Source: Brevinema andersonii
GTDB taxonomy: Bacteria; Spirochaetota; DYKD01
Assembly: GCA_020722765.1 (NCBI GenBank)
Contig: DYKD01000004.1
Span: 10,250-74,249 of the forward strand
Length of the DNA: 64,000 nt
Reading direction: 5' to 3'
Part shown: in pieces, positions 18,375-28,258 of the stretch
Numbering within the stretch: position 1 is the stretch's first letter
Layout of the letters: the number at the start of each line of letters is the position of its first letter
The notes under the pieces: model-generated
The model's input: the letters and a program-made list of their open reading frames with translations, nothing else
What the model was told of the DNA's origin: nothing
Database searches by the model: none
Position numbers and translations under genes: made by a program

Positions 18375-18572
18375 TTATTGTTGCTGTTGTGTGAGGCTGC
18401 ACTGTTTTCCGCACTTGCGACATAAAGTCACTACACGTTGAGCTTCTTCGATGAACACGTAGTGGTCTTTATATTTCATGCGTAGTACTTTAAGGTCGGA
18501 GGTTAGATAACCCAATATAGCCTCGCAGCTAGGGCACCTCCAAGGTAGGTCTTTAACTTCATGATCGCTCAT
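18375..18572 (-). CDS. Small zinc-ribbon protein (Mu Com-like pattern)
   Basis: WRCPSCEAILG...LCRKCGK, 65 aa. Confidence 0.6.
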   Translation of the reverse strand: MSDHEVKDLPWRCPSCEAILGYLTSDLKVLRMKYKDHYVFIEEAQRVVTLCRKCGKQCSLTQQQQ

Positions 18573-18585
18573 CTAATGAGTCTCC

Positions 18586-18999
18586 TTATGCAAAGAATCC
18601 GTACGCTTGTACACGGAAATTACTGCTATATAACAGTTCGTTGGGATCCATATCTTGAGATCCGTGATCTAAAATTTTGAATCCTACACGAGCGTTTGTA
18701 ACATTAGGAACATCGTACCATTCATTATCAAAAATATTCTTCATGTACTCGTAGATCTTATCAGTTTCACCAAAGTTTTTTGTTGAATAGATCCACACTT
18801 CATAGATTGGCATCACTCGTGTGTTGTATCTGTGGTCACGTGGTGATGGTTGCCGCTGAAAGCAGATGCATGGGTAGGATGGGTTTTTGATGGCAGCAAG
18901 ATATGTAGGATATACCCGAGCTCCAACCAAAGCGGAAACGTTTGGGTTGTCAATCAACTGTCTACGAAATGCAGCGTCAATGGACTCTAAGTAACTCAT
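18586..18999 (-). CDS. Tail terminator / tail completion protein (DUF3168-like)
   Basis: LVGARVYP...YPCICF pattern, size and position before tail tube. Confidence 0.75.
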   Translation of the reverse strand: MSYLESIDAAFRRQLIDNPNVSALVGARVYPTYLAAIKNPSYPCICFQRQPSPRDHRYNTRVMPIYEVWIYSTKNFGETDKIYEYMKNIFDNEWYDVPNVTNARVGFKILDHGSQDMDPNELLYSSNFRVQAYGFFA

Positions 19000-19343
19000 T
19001 CACTAAACGGGTCCCCTATTTTATCCAACGCTCTCTCGAACACAGGATGTGGTTTAATGTACCTAGTACCACGAATGACATATTTTGCGTGAGGTGCAAC
19101 CTTTTCATCAAAGTATACCTCACATGAAATACCATCTGGGCTGGCTTCGAGTTTGGTCTTTAATGAATTACGCAACCTACCCGTCTTGAAACCCAACACT
19201 TCTTCAGACTGTTTCACAGAAGAAGTGCCGAGCATTCTTTTGACTGTGTCAACATAACGTTTTGCCCATTGATGCCCGCGTGCAGCTAAATTGCGCGCGT
19301 GCACTGTAATTTCGGCTTCGAGTTGCTTTGTGAATTCACTCAT
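18996..19343 (-). CDS. Neck protein, HK97 gp10-like
   Basis: KTGRLRNS...APHAKYVIRGTRYIKPHPVFERA. Confidence 0.8.
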   Translation of the reverse strand: MSEFTKQLEAEITVHARNLAARGHQWAKRYVDTVKRMLGTSSVKQSEEVLGFKTGRLRNSLKTKLEASPDGISCEVYFDEKVAPHAKYVIRGTRYIKPHPVFERALDKIGDPFSE

Positions 19344-21718
19344 CTTTTATTCGTTTTCCTTAATTTCTTTGTAAGCTCAGTTGTTGTTGCAGAGGTTAGA
19401 AAAGGTGGAAACATCAACGTTTCGTCTGGCACCAGCTTACGCAAAATGTTTTTCACCTCATTCACTGGCCTATACAATGGATGTCCTTCTGGGACATCCT
19501 GGGCGCTGCTCTCAAACAGAGCGCGTGAAAACCTCAAATACATTTTTGCGAGCTCGATTTTCGCGAGCGTGAACTTTGAATAAAGATTGACAGCTTTTTC
19601 CAAATGTTCAACCGCCGCTTTAGTGTCGCCCATTTCCGAGTAATGGAGCGCCAAGTTGAAATACGGTTTAGGGTCCCTTGGGTCCCTATGCATAGCTCTT
19701 TTGTTAAGCTTAATGTAGTATTTAAGCTTGTCTTGCAGTCGCTCTGTTAAGAACCCAAAATGGTTGATGACACCTTTCGCGCGAATTATCTGCCGGTTGC
19801 GAATCTTGCCGATAGAGTCCTCGATAGTTTCATGAATCAAACCCGAAAAATAAATGTCGGGACGATTTTGGTATAAACGCATAACTTCTGTAAAAACATC
19901 AGGCCTATTCTTCTGGACGTTGTTGACGTTGAACATTGCCGCGGTTGGATGTGACTCGACCATAAATGTAATTTCAGGAGGTGATGAATACATTTCATCA
20001 ACATCCATCACCCAGATGTAGGCGCTCGTTGATTTTCTTGCGAGCCAGTTACGCATATCAGAATAATCTTCGGTCCATTCACGTTCAAAAATTTTGGCAC
20101 CCCACCGCTTTAACACGTCAACCGCTTCAGAACCAGGAGCAACACGTACTACTATCTCATCAGCGACAGTAGCATGACTTTCTAAGAAGATTTGCACTTT
20201 GTGTGAAGGTTCGTGTTCAGTCATAATATTCAAACTAACTGTGTACTTATCTGAACCCTGCCACTCAGATATAAGAATATTGTTTTGGTTGGTTAAATGT
20301 GAGTAATCTGTTCCTCCCACTAACTCCACAACCGGGTTCGGATCAAGAGCTTCATAGTACCGCCTTTTCTTCTCCCTAAGATCAGGGTCTATATATCCAT
20401 AATGAAGGATGTGAACGTTTACTGGCGCGGAACTAACTGCGGGAATATTTGGGACCCTACTGCAATGCAGGGAGGTCCCAGGCGTTCCCCTAAAATACTT
20501 CATGTTAGGTAGCACTTTAACCATGAAGACCGCTGATGCGGGTGGATAATTCACATGGTATGTATTTGGTGAATTCCACAAATGGATAAATCTACCGACA
20601 AATGCGTAAACTCCAGGAATTGGAGTATTTGCGAGTCGTTGCAAGTATTCCCTAGTGACCTTTTCCTCGAGAAACTCGTCATGATCAAGTACAACCATCC
20701 ACTCCACACCCTGCTTGAATGATATCTCATACAGTTTTGCGCGCTGATCAACTTCGACCTCATCGGACATTAAAGTGTAAGTGAATTTACCTGGGTAATT
20801 TTCTTGCAGCCAACCTTCCATATCCCAACCGCTGTCATCATCAACGATATTGATGATGTCGAAAAGAGAAGCGTGACGCTTCATCCACGCTTCGAGCTGC
20901 TCACGGCTACATTTAACACGAGTATTTCCTGAGATTGAGCGTTCTTTAAACTCACCACAACATTTCTCAACAACTTGCAATCTATTGTAAGTGCCAGAGT
21001 CCATAGAGTCTTGCAAAGATTTCGAGCCGTGATGGAAGACAAACGTGCTTCTGTCGACAAAACATGAGTAACCCATTTGGTTTACTCGTGCACATAAATC
21101 TACGTCCTCATTCCCATTTACAAAGCGTTCATCAAACCCACCAAGCTTCTCCCATATATCTCTACGAATCATGAAACAAAATCCTGAAACAACACCAGCG
21201 TAAATCCACTTTCCGATATTCTCCGCGTGCACACGTTCCGCGAATTCATCAAGTGCATCAAGCGGTATTGGGGAATCTGCTTTTACCAATTGATGAGACA
21301 TAACGTAGTTACTACACGGCGCTACAATCGCAGGCTCAGGCGCGGGTCTATCTGGATCCTTCAACAAGGTTTCATAACAACGAATCAGCTGCTTCAGCCA
21401 CTTCTTAGGCACTCGAGTGTCATTATTGAGCACTACAATAAACTCACCTTTCGCAAACGACGCGCCCATATTAACGTTGGCCGCATAATGTGTATGTCCT
21501 GTGGTGTTATGAATAAACCTAAAATTTGCGTACGTTTGGTCCCAAGCTTCCATCGCAACAACTGTGCCGTCGTCAACGTCGCCTCCAGTACCACACACAA
21601 TAATTTCAAATACAACATCCTCGGTTTTATGTAATGTGTTAAGCAATTCCGTAGTGTATTGCAGTCCTCCATGAACAGGAATGACAATGGAAACTTTGGG
21701 ATTCATATATTCCTCCAA
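19340..21718 (-). CDS. Multi-domain GT2 glycosyltransferase with C-terminal TPR
   Basis: Three GT-A-like units (VSIVIPVH..LNNDT..GGFDE..EDVD; LDHDE..HYGY; WVMDVDE..IHE..HFGF) then TPR-like DPKPYFNLALHY. Confidence 0.85.
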   Translation of the reverse strand: MEEYMNPKVSIVIPVHGGLQYTTELLNTLHKTEDVVFEIIVCGTGGDVDDGTVVAMEAWDQTYANFRFIHNTTGHTHYAANVNMGASFAKGEFIVVLNNDTRVPKKWLKQLIRCYETLLKDPDRPAPEPAIVAPCSNYVMSHQLVKADSPIPLDALDEFAERVHAENIGKWIYAGVVSGFCFMIRRDIWEKLGGFDERFVNGNEDVDLCARVNQMGYSCFVDRSTFVFHHGSKSLQDSMDSGTYNRLQVVEKCCGEFKERSISGNTRVKCSREQLEAWMKRHASLFDIINIVDDDSGWDMEGWLQENYPGKFTYTLMSDEVEVDQRAKLYEISFKQGVEWMVVLDHDEFLEEKVTREYLQRLANTPIPGVYAFVGRFIHLWNSPNTYHVNYPPASAVFMVKVLPNMKYFRGTPGTSLHCSRVPNIPAVSSAPVNVHILHYGYIDPDLREKKRRYYEALDPNPVVELVGGTDYSHLTNQNNILISEWQGSDKYTVSLNIMTEHEPSHKVQIFLESHATVADEIVVRVAPGSEAVDVLKRWGAKIFEREWTEDYSDMRNWLARKSTSAYIWVMDVDEMYSSPPEITFMVESHPTAAMFNVNNVQKNRPDVFTEVMRLYQNRPDIYFSGLIHETIEDSIGKIRNRQIIRAKGVINHFGFLTERLQDKLKYYIKLNKRAMHRDPRDPKPYFNLALHYSEMGDTKAAVEHLEKAVNLYSKFTLAKIELAKMYLRFSRALFESSAQDVPEGHPLYRPVNEVKNILRKLVPDETLMFPPFLTSATTTELTKKLRKTNKR

Positions 21719-21750
21719 GGCTTTTATTTTAATTATTTTAAAAGGTTATG

Positions 21751-22326
21751 TTAACCTGGATTTTCGACTAGATAGAAAGTCCATCCTTTCGAACTAAATA
21801 GAAGAGGGGCGCGGTGAACATCGTAGCATACCCCACTAAAACCATTGTCGAGAGATGCGCTCTCTCCTAAACGGGGCTCGAAGTCCTCAACATAGACTCT
21901 CATGTGCCTGCCACGAATCCAGCCAGGGATACCAACATCCCCTCTAACAGCTGTTGGTATCACCTCTTGTACACTACATAAGTATGGCCCGTAGTTGGTT
22001 GTTGTTAGAACTGGCTGACCTTGACCGTCAACAGCTTTAATGTTGATGTTAAAGCTGCTCCAGGAGGGAGTCAGTGAAGTGATTTGTTTGTAGGAATTTT
22101 GTGAAACTTTCACACCACTTCCTAAAAAGTTAACGCTCTCATTTATACTTTGGTCGTTTTCATCGATTCCAGCAACACCTAAATTACCTGACGTAGTTAT
22201 CGCTGCGACTGTTATTTCAAGGTATGCGGCGACGGATGGATTGATAATAGTAGGAACTCCAGCGGTCCAGTTGGACACTACATCTGAACTTTCACGATAA
22301 AACGTAATCTTATGAGTATATTGCAT
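21751..22326 (-). CDS. Probable head closure / head-tail adaptor protein
   Basis: Position after connector; beta-rich; function inferred from synteny only. Confidence 0.5.
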   Translation of the reverse strand: MQYTHKITFYRESSDVVSNWTAGVPTIINPSVAAYLEITVAAITTSGNLGVAGIDENDQSINESVNFLGSGVKVSQNSYKQITSLTPSWSSFNINIKAVDGQGQPVLTTTNYGPYLCSVQEVIPTAVRGDVGIPGWIRGRHMRVYVEDFEPRLGESASLDNGFSGVCYDVHRAPLLFSSKGWTFYLVENPG

Positions 22327-22922
22327 TAAATGAAGTCTCTTGGGCCTCTACGTGCGAACGTGTTTAGAACCACTAGAACATCCATTCCAAGAAATGATAA
22401 TATACTGCCAGCGGTTTCAAACTTTTTGATAATCACTCCGCCTGTATCGATGGACGCGACGTTTGCAATGCCTCGATTGCGAAAAATTTGACCGCCAATT
22501 TCGAGCGTCAACCACTGGAGTGTGTTCCATTCCTTATCGCTTTCAGTGTAGCCCGCGGTGTATTCAACTAATACACTTTGAGGGAATGCTGTACAATAAT
22601 TCCCGTAACTATCGTAAATGCGACCGTCTTTGAAAAACTTAATCTCGTCTAAGTCTCGCGCAACTCCAGTCGTGTCAGTGACATCAGAAAAATAAGTAAT
22701 TCCGTGAACAGCGGTGAGAGGAAACTCAGAAACTGTTATCCAAAACGGGTTGTAACATGTTACACGTTCGACGTACCTATCAGACACTAAGCTCCGGTTA
22801 CAATAACTCTTAATGTAAGCTTCAGAAGAGTCAAGACATACTTGCAATACATCATCAAGACCAGATACATCAGAAACGTTCATGTATTCTTTGAATACAG
22901 TAAGTCCTACAATTGCCATCAC
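22326..22922 (-). CDS. Head-tail connector (gp6-like)
   Basis: FKEYM..IKSYCNR..VEYTAGY; directly after the capsid gene. Confidence 0.8.
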   Translation of the reverse strand: MMAIVGLTVFKEYMNVSDVSGLDDVLQVCLDSSEAYIKSYCNRSLVSDRYVERVTCYNPFWITVSEFPLTAVHGITYFSDVTDTTGVARDLDEIKFFKDGRIYDSYGNYCTAFPQSVLVEYTAGYTESDKEWNTLQWLTLEIGGQIFRNRGIANVASIDTGGVIIKKFETAGSILSFLGMDVLVVLNTFARRGPRDFI

Positions 22923-22949
22923 CCTCTCACCTCTACAAGCAATTTGACC

Positions 22950-22988
22950 AAAAAAATAGGGGAAAGCTCAAAAAGAAACTTTCCCCTA
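22950..22988 (-). terminator. Intrinsic terminator after capsid gene
   Basis: 10-bp inverted repeat TAGGGGAAAG/CTTTCCCCTA followed by a T7 run on the minus strand. Confidence 0.8.
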
Positions 22989-23010
22989 ATGACTAACGTC
23001 AATGATCGTC

Positions 23011-24399
23011 TTACAACACGGCTAAGTTGTAACCGATAGAGACGACATATTCCGTAGAGGTATTATAAAGCGGGACAAAATCCAGCCGCTGGTGACAAAC
23101 CATGAGATGGTTATCATCCTCGGGGATGTCCTTTACCTTTACAGTGATAGCTCTACGATCACCAAAGACCCACGAAGGTGTGTGGACCAGCATGATGATG
23201 GTCTTATTGGTTGTAGTACCACTATAGACACCCGTTGTATCTAGGTCTTGGCGTACAAACTCACTGACGATAATCGGGATGTTGTCGAACTTCCCGAGTT
23301 CGCCTTTGAGGATAGTCGCGTCAGGGCCGTACTCGTTAAGCTTGAGAACTTCACCGACGCCAAGCATCTGATGATATCCAGCGATCGAGGTAACCCAGGC
23401 AAGATCTTTAGGATCTGTACCATACCTACCCATTTTCGATCTCATGCTACGAAGTAGTCCAGCCCCTTGAGCATAGGTGCCGCCTCCAGTCCAGCTAGCA
23501 AGATTGACTTTCGCGTTTGCGGAACAGCAGTAACGATATCCGTCCCACGCTTTCCGAACGTCGGTAGACCCAGGAACGTCACCAGTGTCAATGGTTCCCG
23601 ATTTTTGACCATTAATAGCAGCGGTTTCTTGCGCATTACCCATCGCGCGAGACATGCTATCTTTCAAGAACGGTAGCACGGGAACGATCGAATCTTCGGT
23701 GATTTCTTCTGAGAAGTAAACCAGGGCGCCAATCTTCTTAGCATCTAACGTCACACCCATTGAAGTCGGCCGTGACGCTGTAGGACGACCCTCAGGTGAA
23801 TTCGATGTAATAGTTTCACCAACAAGGTACGCAGTGATATCTGTACCTCCATGTACAGGCAGTTTGTATTGTGGTGTCGGCATTTCAATCCGACGATGTA
23901 ATGCGGCAACCTTCAGCGCTAGGCGCACTCTATCGATCAAATCAGCAGAAAAGCCTAGCGGAATAAAATCCGCGCCATAGTGAGTGGTTGGTGTCGGCAT
24001 GGTAGGACCAGCACCACCAAAAGAGTCGGCTTTCAAGAGCGGGTGATCCAACAGTCTCTTGTAGATCTTCAAAGACTGAGGAGGCCTATCCAGCATCTGA
24101 GATACTAAATAGACGTCGTCATTCGCCCTTTGCAGGCTTTTAATCGATTCGTCTTCAGTGGAAGTATCGATGACTTTTTGCACCGCTTCCCACCGCTGAT
24201 CAAGCGAATGTGATTTGATCATTTCGTGAGCGTCTTTTTCGTCAAAACGCCCTTTACGTTCTCCAGGAGTCCCTTTTTGAACCTCATTAAGGGCGTCAGA
24301 GATCATTCGTTTTACGGTCTCTTCGTCCTTACTTTTTGACAGGTCGCTGATAAGATTGCCGATGATTTGTTTGGCCTTTTCGAGATTTTCTTTAGCCAT
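23011..24399 (-). CDS. Major capsid protein (HK97 fold)
   Basis: FIP..S..LID, VTLDAKKIGALVYFSEEITEDS, AAINGQ, G.FDNIPIIVSE. Confidence 0.93.
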   Translation of the reverse strand: MAKENLEKAKQIIGNLISDLSKSKDEETVKRMISDALNEVQKGTPGERKGRFDEKDAHEMIKSHSLDQRWEAVQKVIDTSTEDESIKSLQRANDDVYLVSQMLDRPPQSLKIYKRLLDHPLLKADSFGGAGPTMPTPTTHYGADFIPLGFSADLIDRVRLALKVAALHRRIEMPTPQYKLPVHGGTDITAYLVGETITSNSPEGRPTASRPTSMGVTLDAKKIGALVYFSEEITEDSIVPVLPFLKDSMSRAMGNAQETAAINGQKSGTIDTGDVPGSTDVRKAWDGYRYCCSANAKVNLASWTGGGTYAQGAGLLRSMRSKMGRYGTDPKDLAWVTSIAGYHQMLGVGEVLKLNEYGPDATILKGELGKFDNIPIIVSEFVRQDLDTTGVYSGTTTNKTIIMLVHTPSWVFGDRRAITVKVKDIPEDDNHLMVCHQRLDFVPLYNTSTEYVVSIGYNLAVL

Positions 24400-25538
24400 T
24401 ACGCTTCACCTCCAGTAGATTTAGGCGCACTTTCCGCGGCTTTTTCAGCTCCTTGGTGAGAAGCACCAGCGGGAAGGCCAAGTGTTGGCCGAAGAGCTTC
24501 GAAAAATTCAGCCAAGCTTTTAAGTACTTCAGCCTGTTCATCGAATTGTTTCTGTAGCTCATCGAACCGATCGGCAACAAGTTGCTCAGCAACGGACTTC
24601 GTGCTCTCGAGCAGCCTCGCTTCAAGAGCAGGAGCCATATCATCTAAGCGCTTCGTAATCTCATTCAACGCACCTTCCACCGCCTTGAGACGGCTTTTGA
24701 TCCCCTCTAAAACCGGATCATACCCCTCAATGTCCTTATTAGGCGACGGATTAGGATATGGATATTCTTCACCCGCAGCACGGAGGACTTCGGCTTTAAT
24801 GGCGCGACAGATTGCAACTAAGCGCTCGTCAACATCTTGAGGCATATGAGGCATATCCTGGAGGGCCGCAATAAGCTTGTCAACCATAGCTGCAATTGCT
24901 TTTGCTTTTTCCTTATCCATTGTAGATTTATTCCCCCCTTCAATGGTGTTGACGACTTCTGTGTCGCCGTTGCTCATATTTTGCCCTTGAGTTTCTTTCG
25001 AAGTCTCGAGGGCTTTGGATAAATAATAATGCAGCGTTCTTGCATGAGGATTTGCAGGAACCGAGACTAAGGAAATCTCGAAAATCTTAAATCCTTTGAT
25101 GATCGTGATCATTCGATTGAGAGTCTTGTCGAACTGCTCATCATAATCCGTCACCACTCCACGAAAACTAAATTTAGAAATCACACCTTCGGTGATCTTT
25201 TTCCAAATTTCATCTTCATGGCTAGAAATTAAGACTTTCACGAATAAACCCGAGTCTTTAGGATACGCTTCCAGTACTTTACCGATCGGGCGGTCTGCGT
25301 CATGATTATACAGGACGGTAGTGTAATGAAGGAGGTCCTTAGCGGCCCCCTCCAGAGCCTCGCGAGTAATCACTTCGTACTGCGAATCAATGACATCAGC
25401 AACCGCCGCAAATCCGGTTACTATACGTTTAAGCTCGCCTGTCTCATCGAAAGTGTCAACCTGCTTTTCGATGTCAAACAAGGCATCCTGAAACTCGAAG
25501 CCCTCAATTTTGAGAGCTAAATTTCCATCGATCGGCAT
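24399..25538 (-). CDS. HK97-type prohead protease with C-terminal coiled-coil scaffold
   Basis: VLYNHD..PIG, KFSFRG, EISLVSVPANP. Confidence 0.9.
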   Translation of the reverse strand: MPIDGNLALKIEGFEFQDALFDIEKQVDTFDETGELKRIVTGFAAVADVIDSQYEVITREALEGAAKDLLHYTTVLYNHDADRPIGKVLEAYPKDSGLFVKVLISSHEDEIWKKITEGVISKFSFRGVVTDYDEQFDKTLNRMITIIKGFKIFEISLVSVPANPHARTLHYYLSKALETSKETQGQNMSNGDTEVVNTIEGGNKSTMDKEKAKAIAAMVDKLIAALQDMPHMPQDVDERLVAICRAIKAEVLRAAGEEYPYPNPSPNKDIEGYDPVLEGIKSRLKAVEGALNEITKRLDDMAPALEARLLESTKSVAEQLVADRFDELQKQFDEQAEVLKSLAEFFEALRPTLGLPAGASHQGAEKAAESAPKSTGGEA

Positions 25539-25612
25539 TTGAAATCCTCCAAAAACGCCACATTTGGCTCATGATTAATTTTGTCCCACAATCATACTAA
25601 ATGGGTCATAAT

Positions 25613-28258
25613 TCACTCCGCTTCACCTACATTCCCAGTTACTCGCAAAGTCCATATGTTAGTATTCTCGTCCTCTTCAAGTAAGTACAAACCTTTCCAC
25701 TTACTTGTTTTAACCTGAAACTTCTTCAAATGAGGATCATCAATCAACAATAACATGCTGCCTTTTACAACTCTTTCAACAGTAACTGGTATTTGTCGGT
25801 TGGGGTTTAAGATTGACCCAGGAGGTAAATCACCCGTCGTATCCATCAAGTGTTTGTCTTTAATTTTTTGCATGGTTCCAACTACTGACATAGACGTTGG
25901 ATCGTTGTTGAATACAAAAAGGTAGGCGAAGTTATCCATATCGATCCACAAATCGTAAAGCTCAGCACTAGCACCGACCCTAACATGTAGTGGACCACGC
26001 CATACCCTATGATTTAAGACAAACTTACGTTCAACTCCTAATTTCAAGACGGCTTGGTCGTCTTCCTTAGAAGCCCTAGAAACGGGTTTGAATCCCTTAT
26101 CGTAATCGATCGCCACTTTGAATTTCTTAATGGCTTCTACTAAGCTATCACGAACCTTCAATGCAGCCTTAGAATCTTTAACATTCCAATATTGAAATTC
26201 GTGAGGAATTTGGTCACGAACGTACTTAGGCAATGCTGAAATATGGTATGGGGTTATTCTCCCTTTTTGGACTGCGCGTCGTGATAAAATGTAAGGCTCG
26301 TTGTCATTCGGCTTGATCATCAACCACATCGTTGGTGTCCTAATTTCAACCTCTTCAGCGGGAGGCAAAGCAGCGAGTGAAATAGTTTGATCAAAACCAA
26401 ATTCAACACCTTCAGGCAAAATCACTTCACCCAACGTACAAGTAATTTCGTTGCCATCAAGAACGTAATTATTTATTGGATCTTCAACGTCGAACACGCG
26501 TTGTAAGAATTCCGGGATAGAAACAAAACCTTTTTTGAGGTCTGACGTTAGTTGTCTAAAAACGAGGCGTTGAACCTTGTTCCGCCATTTATCACAATGA
26601 ACCCAGTATTCATGGAAGTACCCAGAACGATATCCATACTCAACGGTCCCTTTAGCTGCAATATAAAATACTCCTGGAAATTGTTCTGTTGCACCTACAC
26701 CCCCACGTTCAACCACGCCTTCGAAAGTTAGCCACTCAATTGGTTCAGGCTCTTTTAATTGAACCATAATTGAGGTGGCTTTCTTCAAACCACCGCGCGT
26801 CTGTCTCGCTTTAAATTCCCCAGTCACCGCATTGAACTTCCAGAGACGGTCGTCCTTTGCCCACTTCTCTGCCATCGCTTCAGTAGTGACTGGAGCGTCA
26901 ACGATGCCTGGCATAGGATTGTCTAGAGTGTACCCCAATAAGTACTGATTTTTGACATGTTCTATCCTAAAGTCACAATGAACAGATTTTCCACGCCAGT
27001 GATAATGCATAACAAACTTATGTACTAAATTTTCCTCAGGATATTGCTCCCAAATGTTCGTTTGTTTGACTAATTCAAATGGAATAAAATCATCCAAATC
27101 TTTCATTTGAATTAGTTGTGCGTCTCTGCCTATTTTCATCAAAGTTGTGACAGTATCCGCACTCTCATTAGCATTTGCTATAGTACGATTTTCATACACT
27201 TTGGGTTCATATAATGCGAGTGAAATTTTTCCTGCGTCATCTTTGTGGACGAAAAGGGTGTGAAACTTTACCGTGATAATATCCCCAATTTCCGCAGCGA
27301 CGCCGGTATTAAAAGTCTTGCCGACCTCTAAAAATTGAGTTTTAGAATTCGGCAACACCCTTAATTTACTTTCATCAACATCTTCTAATTCGGAAGGTAA
27401 AACTTCAACCCCAATTTTATATTGCCAAGTTTTCTTTTGTCCTTTTATCAACCGAGAGTCCAAAACGACGCAATGAGCCTCAGCATACTTTTTAAATTTC
27501 ACCATATCTGAGGTGCGACCATCCAACTCAAACTTGTATCCATCCCATCTTTTTATCATAGCCCCCTCAAGATTATCAAACCTAAGGAGGTTGTTTATAA
27601 CTCTACGAACTTGTGTTGATCCAGATACAATAGGTGTGGGTACTAAGTTAAAGCCGGGATGAATGTTGGATAATAACGATTGTTTGATCGGAAATTTTTC
27701 CTCAATCAAGGCCCAACGTTGCTTATACAGTTGCTTGTGAATGTCTTGTCCATCAAACCAAACACAATCATGCAAATTCCAGACATACTCACTATCTTGG
27801 GTGGGACTTTTTGTATGCAGTTCACCAGAAACAACCTCCCTACCTTGATGGACGAGCTTGCCCCCTTGTTTAATCCATTTTTCAACCTCCCCGATTAAAA
27901 TGTAATCAGTTTTTGGGAATGTGGATTCAGCAATTTTGATTAAGTGCGGGAACTTATCGGTTACGTCACTACCATCTTCGGTGAAGACAGTGAAGTTGCC
28001 ATCTTTGTCTCTGTGCAATGAACATGATACGCCATCAAACTTCCCTTGAATAGCGATGAATAAGTCCGAAAGCCTTAAACGTGAAGCCCAATTACGCAAA
28101 TACTGAAATAATTGTTCGAGAGAAAAAACTTCTGCTTCCCTATAAGCGGATATTGAGAGGGTAGTCTTGAGAGGGAAAAAGAAGTGGCCAGGACCTAACA
28201 GTTTGTCTTGTTTTTGCTGTAATTGGGCGTCCCTTAAATTTTGTTTGCTACTCTTCAT
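25613..28258 (-). CDS. ATP-dependent DNA ligase with C-terminal LigD 3'-phosphoesterase-like domain(s)
   Basis: Motif I QGKFDG, LIGEV, LHDCV, EGAMIK, MVKFKK, OB-like GKTFNT; then HYHWRGKSVHCDFRIE...WLTFEG resembling the LigD PE HxDFRLE motif. Confidence 0.8.
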   Translation of the reverse strand: MKSSKQNLRDAQLQQKQDKLLGPGHFFFPLKTTLSISAYREAEVFSLEQLFQYLRNWASRLRLSDLFIAIQGKFDGVSCSLHRDKDGNFTVFTEDGSDVTDKFPHLIKIAESTFPKTDYILIGEVEKWIKQGGKLVHQGREVVSGELHTKSPTQDSEYVWNLHDCVWFDGQDIHKQLYKQRWALIEEKFPIKQSLLSNIHPGFNLVPTPIVSGSTQVRRVINNLLRFDNLEGAMIKRWDGYKFELDGRTSDMVKFKKYAEAHCVVLDSRLIKGQKKTWQYKIGVEVLPSELEDVDESKLRVLPNSKTQFLEVGKTFNTGVAAEIGDIITVKFHTLFVHKDDAGKISLALYEPKVYENRTIANANESADTVTTLMKIGRDAQLIQMKDLDDFIPFELVKQTNIWEQYPEENLVHKFVMHYHWRGKSVHCDFRIEHVKNQYLLGYTLDNPMPGIVDAPVTTEAMAEKWAKDDRLWKFNAVTGEFKARQTRGGLKKATSIMVQLKEPEPIEWLTFEGVVERGGVGATEQFPGVFYIAAKGTVEYGYRSGYFHEYWVHCDKWRNKVQRLVFRQLTSDLKKGFVSIPEFLQRVFDVEDPINNYVLDGNEITCTLGEVILPEGVEFGFDQTISLAALPPAEEVEIRTPTMWLMIKPNDNEPYILSRRAVQKGRITPYHISALPKYVRDQIPHEFQYWNVKDSKAALKVRDSLVEAIKKFKVAIDYDKGFKPVSRASKEDDQAVLKLGVERKFVLNHRVWRGPLHVRVGASAELYDLWIDMDNFAYLFVFNNDPTSMSVVGTMQKIKDKHLMDTTGDLPPGSILNPNRQIPVTVERVVKGSMLLLIDDPHLKKFQVKTSKWKGLYLLEEDENTNIWTLRVTGNVGEAE

